DNA of 63,839 nucleotides, filler included, from Octopus bimaculoides (GCF_001194135.2; 9 parts of 9 records of this genome joined end to end with filler, not necessarily neighbours in it), one strand, 5' to 3'; counted from the whole stretch's first letter, positions 34,820-48,568 are shown. The notes: a model not told the origin generated them from the sequence alone. A program made the numbers and translations.

Positions 34820-35262
34820 TGTGTATAGCCCTATTTGGGTAATAAAGAAATAGGTATTTAGTCTGTCTTTACGTTTTGAGTTTAAATTCCACCGAGGTCG
34901 ACTTTGCTTTTCATCCTTTCGGGGTTAGTAAATTAATCACTTCCAGCGAACTGGGGTCAATCTAATCGACTGGTCTACTCACCAAAAAATTGGGGTCTTG
35001 TACTTGGAGTAGAAAAGAATATGTAGCTTCTCAAAGGCGGTGAACTGGCAGAATCGTTAGCACGCCGGGCGAAGTGCTTAGTGATATTTCGTCTGCCGTT
35101 ACGTTCTGAGTTCAAATTTCGCCGAGGTCGACTTTGCCTTTCATCCTTTCGGGCTCGATTAAATAAGTACCAGTCACGCACTGGGATCTATGTAATCGAC
35201 TTAATCCTTTATCCTTGTTTGTCCCTTCTATATGTATCCCCAAGGGCAATAAAGAAATAATT
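34820..35262 (+). mobile_element. SINE family A cluster
   Basis: Partial dimer junction at 34820-35010, then a full monomer at 35035-35262 ending GGGCAATAAAGAAATA. Confidence 0.85.
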
Positions 35263-35562
35263 ATGTAGCTGCTCCGGCTTAAACTATTCCAATTTAAAAA
35301 GAGAAAAAGAAATACATACATACATAAATACATGCACTTATAACCACATACATACATATATCCTTACAACCATACATGCGTACATGCATACTTACACACA
35401 CTCATTATTAAGATGTGGTCCAAAAATACATTTTATCGCTGTCAATCATGTCGAGGATGACTGAGATGTGTAGAAGAAAGATAATTCGCGGTATTTTAAT
35501 TGTGGAAAAAAAAAAGCTAGAGTTAATAAAAGCATTCTAAACTAGTATTTATTTTATGAAGC

Positions 35563-35672
35563 CATGAAAGGTAAAGTCGACATCAGTGGATTCTCTATTC
35601 AGAGTGTAGGCACGGACGAAATGCCGCTAAGCATTTTGCTCGAAGTGCTAACGATTCTGCCAGCTTGACGTC
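35563..35672 (-). mobile_element. SINE family A 5' half
   Basis: Reverse complement of AGCTGGCAGAATCGTTAGCAC..GCTTAGCGGCATTTCGTC..GTCGACTTTACCTTTCA. Confidence 0.8.
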
Positions 35673-35744
35673 TGAAGAAAGACAATCCTATGGACTTGAA
35701 ACATCTCTTGCAATCTTGACCACTACAACACATCACAATACAAC

Positions 35745-36033
35745 GATGATGCGTTTGCAATCCAAGAAAATGAAATTGCGACGAAATACATGACAAACAA
35801 GAGATAGTAATATCCTGAAGCTGCAACAAATTGTTTATTATGCCGTGTTTCGGTGCAAGATTTCGTTTATGATTATTGGCACTGCAAACACATTGTGAGT
35901 CGCTGTTCTTTGTTTTTGATTGCAGAGAATTCTGGGTCCAAATGTGCTTTATTCGACGATAATGTTCTTTAATAACACGTGATTTCTTAAATGTGCCACT
36001 GTATAATATATTCTCATCCACATTGTGTTGCAT
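35745..36033. pseudogene. Two fragments of an RLE-type LINE in opposite orientations
   Basis: Plus 35745-35864 FAIQENEIATKYM..NCLLCRVSVQD (C-terminal CCHC region); minus 36033-35930 VDENILYSGTFKKSRVIKEHYRRIKHIWT (post-RT region). Confidence 0.55.
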
Positions 36034-37727
36034 GTATCCCTCATCAGATATAGAGGAAACGGTTGAGTCACTGTTGATGTTGCTAGTCTCACAGTTTCCC
36101 TCAATTCACAACCATGGAGCAACATTTATACTGGCCAGAGTCCAGCGCTGTAGCCTTTGAGAATGTACGTGTGTCATTACTCAGTTTTATTTCAAGATTT
36201 CATGCCAATAGAGAAAAGGCCGGTTTCCTAACAAAAATCCAAGGCTTCTTTATCACCAACAGTATATTTTTGTATGTATGCATGCATGTATGTATACGTA
36301 CAGATTTGTATGATTTTGTGTATGTATGTATGCATGCAAGGATGTATGTATGCATATATGCGCATATATGTATGTATATAACCATTTATGTATGCTTGTC
36401 ATTATTTAGTTCTATTTGAAGCTTTCTTGCCAATAGAGAAGGAGCCGGTTTCTAACCCAGAACCAAGTGTTCTTCCTTTGAATTTCAAAAACATAAACAG
36501 AATATGTTTGTATGTGCAAATTCGTATGTTTTGTTTCATGAATGTATTCTCATGCATATACTTGCATATCTAGACATGCTCATATAAACTTAAATGATAA
36601 ACCTCTGGAAAATCTTACAGATGTTCAGAGTTCCAGTGACTGCTTGGATCTGTAGTCTTCGGATTAACTTTCTTCTCTCTGAGTTTGAGAAGTCCAATTA
36701 CTTAAGATTGATATTTAGGCATTGTGTTACATATCCTACTGCCCCAATAATCACAGGTATANNNNNNNNNNNNNNNNNNNNNNNNNNNNNNNNNNNNNNN
36801 NNNNNNNNNNNNNNNNNNNNNNNNNNNNNNNNNNNNNNNNNNNNNNNNNNNNNNNNNNNNNNNNNNNNNNNNNNNNNNNNNNNNNNNNNNNNNNNNNNNN
36901 NNNNNNNNNNNNNNNNNNNNNNNNNNNNNNNNNNNNNNNNNNNNNNNNNNNNNNNNNNNNNNNNNNNNNNNNNNNNNNNNNNNNNNNNNNNNNNNNNNNN
37001 NNNNNNNNNNNNNNNNNNNNNNNNNNNNNNNNNNNNNNNNNNNNNNNNNNNNNNNNNNNNNNNNNNNNNNNNNNNNNNNNNNNNNNNNNNNNNNNNNNNN
37101 NNNNNNNNNNNNNNNNNNNNNNNNNNNNNNNNNNNNNNNNNNNNNNNNNNNNNNNNNNNNNNNNNNNNNNNNNNNNNNNNNNNNNNNNNNNNNNNNNNNN
37201 NNNNNNNNNNNNNNNNNNNNNNNNNNNNNNNNNNNNNNNNNNNNNNNNNNNNNNNNNNNNNNNNNNNNNNNNNNNNNNNNNNNNNNNNNNNNNNNNNNNN
37301 NNNNNNNNNNNNNNNNNNNNNNNNNNNNNNNNNNNNNNNNNNNNNNNNNNNNNNNNNNNNNNNNNNNNNNNNNNNNNNNNNNNNNNNNNNNNNNNNNNNN
37401 NNNNNNNNNNNNNNNNNNNNNNNNNNNNNNNNNNNNNNNNNNNNNNNNNNNNNNNNNNNNNNNNNNNNNNNNNNNNNNNNNNNNNNNNNNNNNTATATAT
37501 ATATATATATATATATGCGTCCGTGTAAGCGTATATGTATGTATGCATATGTGTATGAATATGTATGTGTGTAAGCGTGTATGTATATGTGAATGGATGA
37601 ATGGATGGGTGGATTGATGGATGTTTACATGAATGTATATGGATCACGTATGTATAAATATTTTCTCACTTCATCGAGTCTGGAAATAGAAAGTTTCATA
37701 AAACCTGGAAGGACGCCTATTTTAATA

Positions 37728-37917
37728 GTCATGTTAATGTATTCTTAAGTTTTGTCACGATTAGAATGCATTTTATGTACCTTTACATGGGTGTGACAAA
37801 TTTTAGGTGTAATATCATCCTTGTCATGTTAGTGAATACTTAAGTTTTGTCACGATTAGAATGCATTGCATGTATCTTTATACAGGTATGGCAAATTGTA
37901 GTTGTAATCTTATCCTG
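37728..37917. repeat. 95-bp tandem duplication
   Basis: GTCATGTTA..CTTAAGTTTTGTCACGATTAGAATGCATT starts at 37728 and 37823. Confidence 0.85.
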
Positions 37918-38667
37918 ATAGGTATATTTATTTTTTTCGGCTAAGACTCATTGTTTTTTGTTCTAATTCAGCATGATCTCTTTTATACTTCGATTCGTTT
38001 AACTATTGAATAACTATGTGTCAGGTTTTGGACCGTAACATAATAAAAAAAGTAACTACGTTGAACAGTTTGGCTTATCTAGTCTTAATGGAAATGCCTT
38101 GAAGATTAGCATCGGTAAGTACCTTTTCTGTTATATCTGAAGATTTTGTTTATCCTCAAAACTTTAGCTAATATTCTGATCCCAGATCAAATTCTTTCGA
38201 ACTGTGATCATTCTACAAACTTTTGAAGAAATGATGTAACACCTACTTCGTTGTTTGTGAACTCTTGAGATAGTTAATCAAAGAATCCCATTTGAAAATC
38301 TATAATTTAATGTTTCTTCTTTTAGTTTCGACACTCTATTCCGATATTTTAAAAAAACATTGTCTTTATATTAACTTTTCATCCAACTACCCGACAAAAA
38401 AAAAACTTTTGAGCTTTTCGAAACTCATTTTATTTGTTTTTGTTTCTACATTAAAGCAAAATATAATTCAGAGGTTCTTTTTCAAAATGTCAATATAATT
38501 TTCATACATACATATAATTTTCATATAATAATTTTCAGACATACATGCACAGGCACAAACAGTGATAATCACCCACAAATATATACATAGGTATATACGT
38601 CAACATATATGTACACACATATACCTATACACACATATACCTATACACATACAAGTACCCGAAAATG

Positions 38668-40183
38668 CATGTGTTGGAAAAAATAATGGAAACACCTTAA
38701 AATGTCAAACAAATTTATTTTAATATTGGGTAGGGTCGCCTTTCGCAGTAATTACAGCCTGAATTCTACAAGGTATGAACTCATAAAAAGATTGAGTTTT
38801 TTACAGAGGGAGTTTTGTCCATACCTCAGCTAAAACAGTCTCCAGTTCTTGTAGTGATGATGGTGGAGGATATGGACTCCTTACTTGTTTTTCTAAAATA
38901 CACTATAATTGTTCAATTATATTGAGATATGGGGACTGTGGTAGCCAGATAAGATGTTCAGCTTCACTAGAATATTCTTCGTGCCATTCAGTAACAACTT
39001 TAGCTGTGTGAATTGGTGCATTATCATCCTGAAAGATTGCGTTTCCCTCCGGAAACAGTTCCGCAAACATTGGATGCATTTGATCAAATAAAATGCGTGA
39101 ATAGTTTTGACTATTAATTCTGTCATGAAGGGAAACCAGTGGGCCGGCGGATTTCCAAGATATAGTCCTCTAGATCATTACAGATACTTCTCCATGTTTA
39201 ACAGCTGGAAGAAGGAAGTCCGGGTCAAATGGAGTTTTGTAACGACTGGGAGATTTTCTCCTCTTTTTCCCTCAAAGGTTGTCATTACTTTCGAGAGAGT
39301 ACATCTTGATATACCAAACATTTCGGCTGTTTTCGTTACGCTAGCGCCTGCCATACGAGCACCAACAATTTGACCAATTTGAAAGTCTGATAGATCTGTA
39401 GTGAGAATATATGTACAGTACTATGTGTTGATATGGCTGCGTGTATATTATTACAAGAATTCTGACAGAGAAGGGGAATAAATTTAAGAATTATATATTT
39501 ATTACATAAAGATATATTTTATTAATTGGTTGTCGATGAAACATAATCAAAATGTAGAATGTAGTTGAATGAAAGTAATCTATGCAACAAAGTTCAGAAA
39601 TAGGAAATGTAGAAATAACAGCTAAGTGGTGATTTTCAGTAATGTAGCGAAGAGAAATAGACAGGCATAGCAACGGTGTGAATGGCTCTGAGTCTAATCG
39701 ACTAAGAAGCGAAAAGCAGTGTAAGCAAGCTGTTTTTCTTAAAGGAACACTAGACATTCTAAGAGAAACGCAAAACTTCTTGAATAATTAACAATTACGT
39801 CTCGTGACACATGATTCGAGAAACTTAGACAAGGGAAACTTAGACAAGGGAAACTTAGACAAGGGAAACTTAGACAAGGGAAACTTAGGCAAGGGAAACT
39901 TAGACAAGGGAGGTTACTCTATAAATCTTCTTGCAAGATAGTTCATTCAACTATTTATCTACAGACTACTACAGATCTGTCACTTTAATGAATTTTAATT
40001 ACCTCTTTCTGTTGATATCAGAAAAGCAACAGCAATTTTAGCAAAACATATTAAGCAACACTAGTAATAAATAAAAAAAAACAACATAAAAATAAACTTT
40101 TTTAATCTATAAACGATTTTATAGATATTTCAAAATTATGATGCTAAGATGTTAGGTGTACCCATTATTTTGTCCAACCCCTG
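38668..40183 (-). mobile_element. Tc1-like DNA transposon, internally deleted, DD36E spacing
   Basis: 29-bp imperfect TIRs 38668-38696 / 40155-40183 (24/29 identical) followed by TA on the right. Minus-strand DLSDFQIGQIVGARMAGASVTKTAEMFGIS (HTH) and FQDDNAPIHTAK...WLPQSPYLNIIE (39034-38907). Confidence 0.85.
39820..39909. repeat. 15-bp minisatellite (GAAACTTAGACAAGG)x6
   Basis: Six units, one substitution. Confidence 0.95.
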
Positions 40184-40754
40184 TATATATACATCCGACA
40201 CCGACTAGGCACTTAGTCATGTGTATATATGAATATATGTATATAAATACACGCACATATATATACTTCTGCACACTCATCTATAAGTTTGAATATATGT
40301 ATAAATATAAATATATGTATATATATATATATATATATATNNNNNNNNNNNNNNNNNNNNNNNNNNNNNNNNNNNNNNNNNNNNTTAATTAATTAANNNN
40401 NNNNNNNNNNNNNNNNNNNNNNNNNNNNNNNNNNNNNNNNACACACACACACACAATCCTCATCATTTAATGTCTGCTTCAAGCTAGCATGAGATGGATA
40501 GTTTGACAGAACGTGATTGGTCAGCATCTTGCTTCCTATGGCTTGATGCTGTTTTATTATGTCTATGCCAGCCACTTTACCAAATGAGGTTGTCTTGCTG
40601 CTTGCAAAACTAAGATCATATTCATTTGAATGGGGCTACAGTAGGGAGGAAAGTAGTTTTATGCTAGGAGATAAGGGATTAACCGTATGAGAGAAGGGGT
40701 CAGCGTAGAACAGGTTTCTTGCTATGGAGAGACTATATGGCTACTCACATTATA

Positions 40755-41150
40755 GGTGCAGGAGTGGCTGTGTGGTAAGTAGCTTACTTACCAATCACAT
40801 GGTTCCGGGTTCATTCCTACTGCATGGCACCTTGGGCAAGTGTCTTCTACTATAGCCTCGGGCTGACCAAAGCCTTGTGAGTGGATTTGGTAGATGGAAA
40901 CTGAAAGAAGACCATCGTATATATGTGTATATATGTATGTATGTATGTATGTGTGTGTATATGTTTTGTCTGTGTTTGTTCCCCCAACATCACTTAACAA
41001 CCGATGGTGATGTGTTTATGTCCCCGTAACGTAGTGGTTCGGCAAAAGAGACCGATAGAATAAGTCCTGGTGTCGATTTTTGCTCGACTAAAGGTGGTGC
41101 TCCAGCATGGCTGCAGTCAAATGACTGAAACAAATAAGAGTAAAAGGGAG
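40755..41150 (+). mobile_element. SINE family B with microsatellite and 3' tail module
   Basis: Full head, (TATG)n, then GTGTTTATGTCCCCGTAAC..GGTGCTCCAGCATGGCTGCAGTCAAATGACTGAAACAA. Confidence 0.85.
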
Positions 41151-42853
41151 GGTGGGAGTGACCAGGATGGAACTGGAAAGAGATAAAAAATAGTGGTGAT
41201 GAGGGGGGAGGGGAGGTTGCAGGGATGTATGGGAGAGTGAAAGAAGGTTGGATAGGGAATGAGTGAGAGGGTGAATATAATAAAGAACAAGTATTGAGGG
41301 ATGATAAGTAGGGAAGATAGGAAAGAGTATGTAACAACTGTAGAAATTGGGTAGGGTTCATTGCGTGTGTTTTTATAAACAGATTAATATAGTCCCTGCG
41401 TCAGTTGAAGTTTTGTAGACATAAATTACCATGTTTTGGTTGCTTTGAGATTATATTAGTAGATGGTGATTTTGTGATTTGTGTCTCCAAAATTTCAGTT
41501 CGTATAAGACTGAACTATACTAATATTACATTCATTTAATTTTTTTTATTTGTGTATCTACCTGTCTACCTACCTGCATGCAACTGATCTGCATATTGTA
41601 ATGCTGACGATTCACTTGTGATGCAACTGAGCTGTGTGTTGTGCCACAACTAATTCACAGGTTGCAATGCAACTGATCCCATTGTGTGACATCCTGTCCA
41701 GATGGAAATTTACTCAATCCTTCAGAAATTGCATCTAAGCAACAGACCTTCATATTTCTCTCGTGTGTAAAAAAAAAAAAAAAAAAAAAAATCAATTCTT
41801 TTTGTTTTAAAACTCATTTTTTTAAATCAGTTTTTTTCTTCTGTTTTTTATTTTTTTTATTTTTTAAATCTTTAGATTTAATACAATAACCATTATAAGA
41901 GAGTATTGTAGTTCACNNNNNNNNNNTGTAGTTCACTTGAAGCATTGTGTATTGTTTGTAAAGAATAAAAAGTTTAGAAAGCTATAACAATGCACTAGAG
42001 AACAAAAAATGGACTATATACCTGTTGTAACTTGGTTATCTATAGTCCGATGATATTTCGGAATTAGAATTCCTTCTTCAGATTTTATTTGCTGGAGTCT
42101 CTGCTATTATTGTATTTACATGAGTTCTAATATTCTGACAAACAGATTCAATAAAAAGCTCAGAGTTTCATACCTACAATATGAAATGATTGATATCTCC
42201 CCATATCAAGCCATGCTGATATTAATCTGTAAGCTTTAAAGTTTTATCTTTCAATGTTATCCCATTTTCCATTACATTGTTTTTTTGTTTTTTTTAAAAT
42301 TTATTGAATAGGTCACTAGCTCATATTAGTTGATCACTCTTCACAATGTCCCCCATGTAATTCCAGAGAATTCTGATTTTGCAGTTATTCAGCATTTATT
42401 GATAAGCTCACTAGTCTCATACATTTCCTCCTTACATTTATTTAATTTGAAAGATCCTTCTCTTAGAATATAAACAACACCTTATCTTCCTCAACATAAT
42501 GTTTTCAAAGTATTAAAAGAATAAGTACTCAGTTTAAGAAAAAATTAGTACTAGGGTTGATTTATTTGACTAAAACAATTCTTCAAGGCAGTACCCCAGC
42601 ATGAAACAAGTAAAAGATAAAAGAAAAGGCGGTCACCTGACTTTCTAGAAATAGCAGCCAAATCTAAAGTCAGATAATATCATCTTACCAAAAAAAAAAG
42701 AAAAAAAGAAAAAAGAAAATAATATAGTGATAGATGTAAAACGTTTGATAAAGACAGGGTAGAATAAGGATTAGAAAGGTTTTTGAGCTCAGGTCTGTTT
42801 CACCAGGAATGATATACTTCCAAAACAACAACAATAACGAAAACATAAATAGA

Positions 42854-43250
42854 AGTGCAGGCATGTCTGTGTGGTAAGAAGCTTACTTCTGAGCCACATG
42901 ATTCCGGGTTCAGTTCCACTGTGTGGCACCTTGGTCAAGTGTCTTCTACTATAGCCTCGAGCCGACCAAAGTCTTCTGAGTGGATTTGGTAGACAGAGAC
43001 TGAAAGAAGCCCATCGTATATATACACATGCATATATCTATGTGTGTGTGACTTTTCGTCTGTGCTTCTCCCCCTCCCCATCATCACTTGACAACTGGTG
43101 TTGGTGTGTTTACATCCCTGTAACTTAGCATTTTGGTAAAAGAAACTGATGAAATAAGTACTAAGCTTAAAAAAATAAATTTGTTTGACCTAAAAGGCAG
43201 TGCTCCAGCTTGGCTGCAGTCAAACGACTAAAACAAAGAATAAAAGAATA
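42854..43250 (+). mobile_element. SINE family B with tail module
   Basis: Same architecture as 40755-41150. Confidence 0.85.
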
Positions 43251-43730
43251 TTACTTGAAAATGAAGTGATGCTCCAAGGATTCAGCAGACTCCAATTAGT
43301 CACATGGTTGTCTTTATGGCTGCTGTTCAGCTTAAACTCAGCCCTCATCTACTGAACCTAGGTCACAGGGTTGTGGTATAGCTATATATATGTGTATGTG
43401 TGTGTATATATATATAGCATACTATATGTGTGTATGCTAGTGTGTGTATGAATACACACACACATACATGAATTGGTTCTTTGATGTTTGGAAGTAGAGG
43501 TTATGAGTATTGGAATCATTAAAATGAATGTCTGAAAGAAATATGAGTGGAAGATTGAAAACAGATTTGGTCTATTTCCTGTAAAACTTAACCCTACCGT
43601 TGCTTGTTGTATTCTATACTTTTGTCATCAATTACTTCCATCAAAATATGCTTGCTTTCCTGACTGACCAGTTGTATGTTTTTATACACACACATAATCT
43701 TATTTAATACATATACATGAATATGTGTGC

Positions 43731-43762
<32 letters not shown>

Positions 43763-44023
43763 NNNNNNNNNNNNNNNNNNNNNNNNNNNNNNNNNNNNNN
43801 NNNNNNNNNNNNNNNNNNNNNNNNNNNNNNNNNNNNNNNNNNNNNNNNNNNNNNNNNNNNNNNNNNNNNNNNNNNNNNNNNNNNNNNNNNNNNTATATAG
43901 CAGTCAAATCCTGACTCTAAATAATTTTAAATAATTTTAAATAATTATTACCTTTGATGGTTTTTATTCCCATGCTGACCACTTGATAAGATCAATATTT
44001 TAAATATCGATCTTATCCTTATT

Positions 44024-44056
<33 letters not shown>

Positions 44057-44611
44057 TCCAATGTGGAGCAAATAATTCAGAAGTAAATATCTGCAAAGAT
44101 ATTGACTGTATTATTATCTGGTGTAACAATTAGAATGATAATAACAGAATCAATAATATAGGCAATTGCAGGCCCAAAAGAAAAAAATGCATTAAATAGC
44201 TGAAGGATTAAAATTAATCAAAGGACATACTAAGTATGTCTACCTGCTGAGCTTTGACTGTTATTTCCAGCAGGTAGACATACTTACTATGTCCTTTGAT
44301 TAATTTTATATATATATACATGTTTGTGTGTGTGTGTATTTGTATATGTACTAAATGTGTATATGTGTGTGTGTTTGTATATGTACTAAATGTGTATATG
44401 TGTGTGTGTGTATGAATACACACACACATACATGAATGCGTGTGTATGTATGTATATATATATATATGTGTGTATGTATATATATATATGTGTATATGTG
44501 GTTGTGTGTATAAATATGCACATACATTTATATGTATATATATATGCATATATATATATATGCATATATATAAACGCATATATATATATATACGCATATA
44601 TATACATATAT

Positions 44612-44656
<45 letters not shown>

Positions 44657-44665
44657 TACATATAC

Positions 44666-44712
<47 letters not shown>

Positions 44713-44816
44713 NNNNNNNNNNNNNNNNNNNNNNNNNNNNNNNNNNNNNNNNNNNNTTAATTAATTAANNNNNNNNNNNNNNNNNNNNNNNNNNNNNNNN
44801 NNNNNNNNNNNNATAT

Positions 44817-44854
<38 letters not shown>

Positions 44855-45091
44855 CACACACACACATATTTGTAGGTATATATAAATATCTGTATGCACA
44901 TGTGTGTGTGTGTGTGTCTGTGTGTATATATGAGTGTGTGTGTATATATTTATATATATATGTATATATGTATATATACATGCTTGCATGCATACATACA
45001 TACATACATGCATACATACATACGTACAAGCATGACTATATATGTGTATATCTGTGTGTGTGTATTTATAGATGTACACGTATATGTATAA

Positions 45092-45122
<31 letters not shown>

Positions 45123-46380
45123 TGCATGTATGTCTGATCTCTATTAGTCTTGGCATGTTCAGTTATTTATTTAATCAACTGAAGAAGTTCTAAACTTACT
45201 GGATTTGCATATAAGCGGCTGAGTACTCCGAAACCAAGTGTACTCTTAACGGTTTTCTAATGCACAATTGAAGTCAAACAGTGTAACAAGAGTGAATCCT
45301 TAAAAAGTACGATCTAACCTGCGGCTTTGCAGTCAGGTTCCATCTCTGTCAACCCAATTACACTGACAAAGATTGGACAGTTGCCATTTGCCCAAGGTGC
45401 CATGTAGGGATCGCACCCGCGGCACATTGCGTATATACATACATTATATATATGTATATATACACACACACGCACACACGCACACACACACACACACGCA
45501 CACACACACACACACACATACATATATATATNNNNNNNNNNNNNNNNNNNNNNNNNNNNNNNNNNNNNNNNNNNNNNNNNNNNNNNNNNNNNNNNNNNNN
45601 NNNNNNNNNNNNNNNNNNNNNNNNNNNNNNNNNNNNNNNNNNNNNNNNNNNNNNNNNNNNNNNNNNNNNNNNNNNNNNNNNNNNNNNNNNNNNNNNNNNN
45701 NNNNNNNNNNNNNNNNNNNNNNNNNNNNNNNNNNNNNNNNNNNNNNNNNNNNNNNNNNNNNNNNNNNNNNNNNNNNNNNNNNNNNNNNNNNNNNNNNNNN
45801 NNNNNNNNNNNNNNNNNNNNNNNNNNNNNNNNNNNNNNNNNNNNNNNNNNNNNNNNNNNNNNNNNNNNNNNNNNNNNNNNNNNNNNNNNNNNNNNNNNNN
45901 NNNNNNNNNNNNNNNNNNNNNNNNNNNNNNNNNNNNNNNNNNNNNNNNNNNNNNNNNNNNNNNNNNNNNNNNNNNNNNNNNNNNNNNNNNNNNNNNNNNN
46001 NNNNNNNNNNNNNNNNNNNNNNNNNNNNNNNNNNNNNNNNNNNNNNNNNNNNNNNNNNNNNNNNNNNNNNNNNNNNNNNNNNNNNNNNNNNNNNNNNNNN
46101 NNNNNNNNNNNNNNNNNNNNNNNNNNNNNNNNNNNNNNNNNNNNNNNNNNNNNNNNNNNNNNNNNNNNNNNNNNNNNNNNNNNGATTTTAATTCCCAAAC
46201 CTACAAAACTATTCTATATTACAAGATCATATGTGTTTCTACAAGTACCCAACTGCTACGTACTTGAATGCTTTCTGCAATAAAGAAACATTTTTCTCAA
46301 GTGACTCTGCAGAAGCTGAGTACTTTACGAAAGTGATTAAATAGCTCTTGTTCATTTGTCGTTCATTAATTGCTCTGTGT

Positions 46381-46775
46381 AAGCGGCGTGTTGGCAGAAA
46401 CGTTAGCACGCCGGGTGAAATGCTGCCGTTACTTTCTGAGTTCAAATTCGGCCGAGGTCGACTTTGCCCTTCATCCTTTCGGGGTCGATAAATTAAGTAC
46501 CAGTTACGCACTGAAGTCGATGTAATCGACTTAATCCCTTTCTCTGTCCTTGTTTGTTCCCTCTATGTTTAGCCCCTTGTGGGCAATAAAGAAATAAGAA
46601 ACGTTAGCACGCCGGGCGAAGTGCTTAGCGATATTTCGTCTGTTTTTATGTTCTGAGTTCAAATTCGGTCGAGGTCGACTTTGCCTTTCATCCTTTTTGG
46701 GTCGATAAATTAAGTACCAGTTGCGTACTGGGGGCGATCTAATCGACTGGCCCCCTCTCCCAAAATTTCGGGTCT
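46381..46775 (+). mobile_element. Dimeric SINE family A
   Basis: Monomer 1 ends GGGCAATAAAGAAATAAG and runs directly into AAACGTTAGCACGCCGGGCG of monomer 2, which has a different tail (CTAATCGACTGGCCCCCTC). Confidence 0.85.
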
Positions 46776-47384
46776 TACCATATTCCCGCCATCGTTCAAC
46801 GACTGGCTGCGCTATTCAGTAGCCAACCGTAAATGAAATACGAGGGGACAGCGCCAAGTAGCGATATGCATAAATACAACTTTGTTACCATTGAAGGATG
46901 ATGGGAATATCATAAGAGGGACCTGTCTCACGTGCCAGTCCGTAGCTTCTAACTTTCTGGTTTCTGTTGCTGAAGAGGAGATAATCACTCCGAAGTGCAT
47001 GCATCCGGCAGTCTGGTTAGGGAATGCTGTGAGTTGATTCGGTGTATTTACACTTGTCTACGGCGAGGAATTTTCTCCGTGGCAAAACACAGTAAATGGC
47101 TTTCTGACGGGTTCGAATATACTTGCCGAAAACCATGTAAGCATTTTTGTGCTTATATGATTTCCTGTATTATTTTTTTTGTTATTTAACACCATGTTAG
47201 CCATAAAAGGGCAGATATATCATCAAAAACACTCTGGCCAAGACCATCTCAACTTGCAGGACTATGTGATGTCCCTTTTTGCACGACAGTTGGGTGAGAT
47301 ATGCTTCCTTTTGGCAACAAGTTGAGCGACAAACTCATTCCATCGAATGCTCATGTATGTACGTGAATGTGGTTTATACTTTTC

Positions 47385-47430
<46 letters not shown>

Positions 47431-47436
47431 CATCTA

Positions 47437-47493
<57 letters not shown>

Positions 47494-47583
47494 GTCTGTC
47501 TATCTGTCTGTCTGTCTATCTACCTATCAGTCTGTCTATTCCTATCTAACTAGCTAAACGTGTGTGTGTGTGTGTGGAAGAAG

Positions 47584-47616
<33 letters not shown>

Positions 47617-48189
47617 TGTGTGTGTGTGTGTGTATGTGTGTGTGTGTGTACTTACGAGGGTGTTGACTTTATGATGACCGGCCACCTGCTCTGCGGGAAG
47701 GATGTAAAGAAAAGACATCAAAAGGTGTTTTGAACAAAATTTGTGTGTATGTATGTATGTATGTATGTATGTATGTATGTATGTATGTATGTGAATGTGT
47801 GCACAAATGGATGTATGAAGTGTTTATTTATTTATTTANNNNNNNNNNNNNNNNNNNNNNNNNNNNNNNNNNNNNNNNNNNNNNNNNNNNNNNNNNNNNN
47901 NNNNNNNNNNNNNNNNNNNNNNNNNNNNNNNNNNNNNNNNNNNNNNNNNNNNNNNNNNNNNNNNNNNNNNNNNNNNNNNNNNNNNNNNNNNNNNNNNNNN
48001 NNNNNNNNNNNNNNNNNNNNNNNNNNNNNNNNNNNNNNNNNNNNNNNNNNNNNNNNNNNNNNNNNNNNNNNNNNNNNNNNNNNNNNNNNNNNNNNNNNNN
48101 NNNNNNNNNNNNNNNNNNNNNNNNNNNNNNNNNNNNNNNNNNNNNNNNNNNNNNNNNNNNNNNNNNNNNNNNNNNNNNNNNNNNNNNNN

Positions 48190-48226
<37 letters not shown>

Positions 48227-48230
48227 TATA

Positions 48231-48388
48231 TGATGGGCTTCTTTCAGTTTCCATCTACCAAATCCACTCACAAGGCTTTGCTCGGCCTGAGGCTATATTA
48301 GAAGATACTTGCCCAATGTGCCCTGCAGTGGGACTGAACCCGGAACCATGCGATTGGAAAGTATGCTTCTTACCACATAGCCACGCCT
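48231..48388 (-). mobile_element. SINE family B
   Basis: CTTCTTTCAGTTTCCATCTACCAAATCCACTCACAAGGCTTTG..GGGACTGAACCCGGAACCATG. Confidence 0.85.
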
Positions 48389-48568
48389 ATATATATATAT
48401 ATAAATACATGTGTGTGTGTGAGAGAGAGAGAGGTATTGGTATCTGGAAGACCCAAAGAGTGGCAGGTAACGCTAAGTAAATGCTATGGACAGATCGTAG
48501 TTAAATTCTTGGTTCGATAGTGGCACGAACGAGGAGTCTAAAGTGGGTCTTGTATTAGCATGCAAATA

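Noticed and set aside
36020-36060. Minus-strand CUGAUGAGGGAUA
   Set aside because: No complementary stem II strand or GAAA follows.
38078-38130. Possible micro-exon ending at AGCATCG|GTAAGT
   Set aside because: Good donor, but weak acceptor and no recognisable peptide.
46841-47730. TACGAGGG mariner-like TIR starts at ~46841 and ~47653
   Set aside because: Both are in the same orientation, with no matching inverted end or transposase remnant found.
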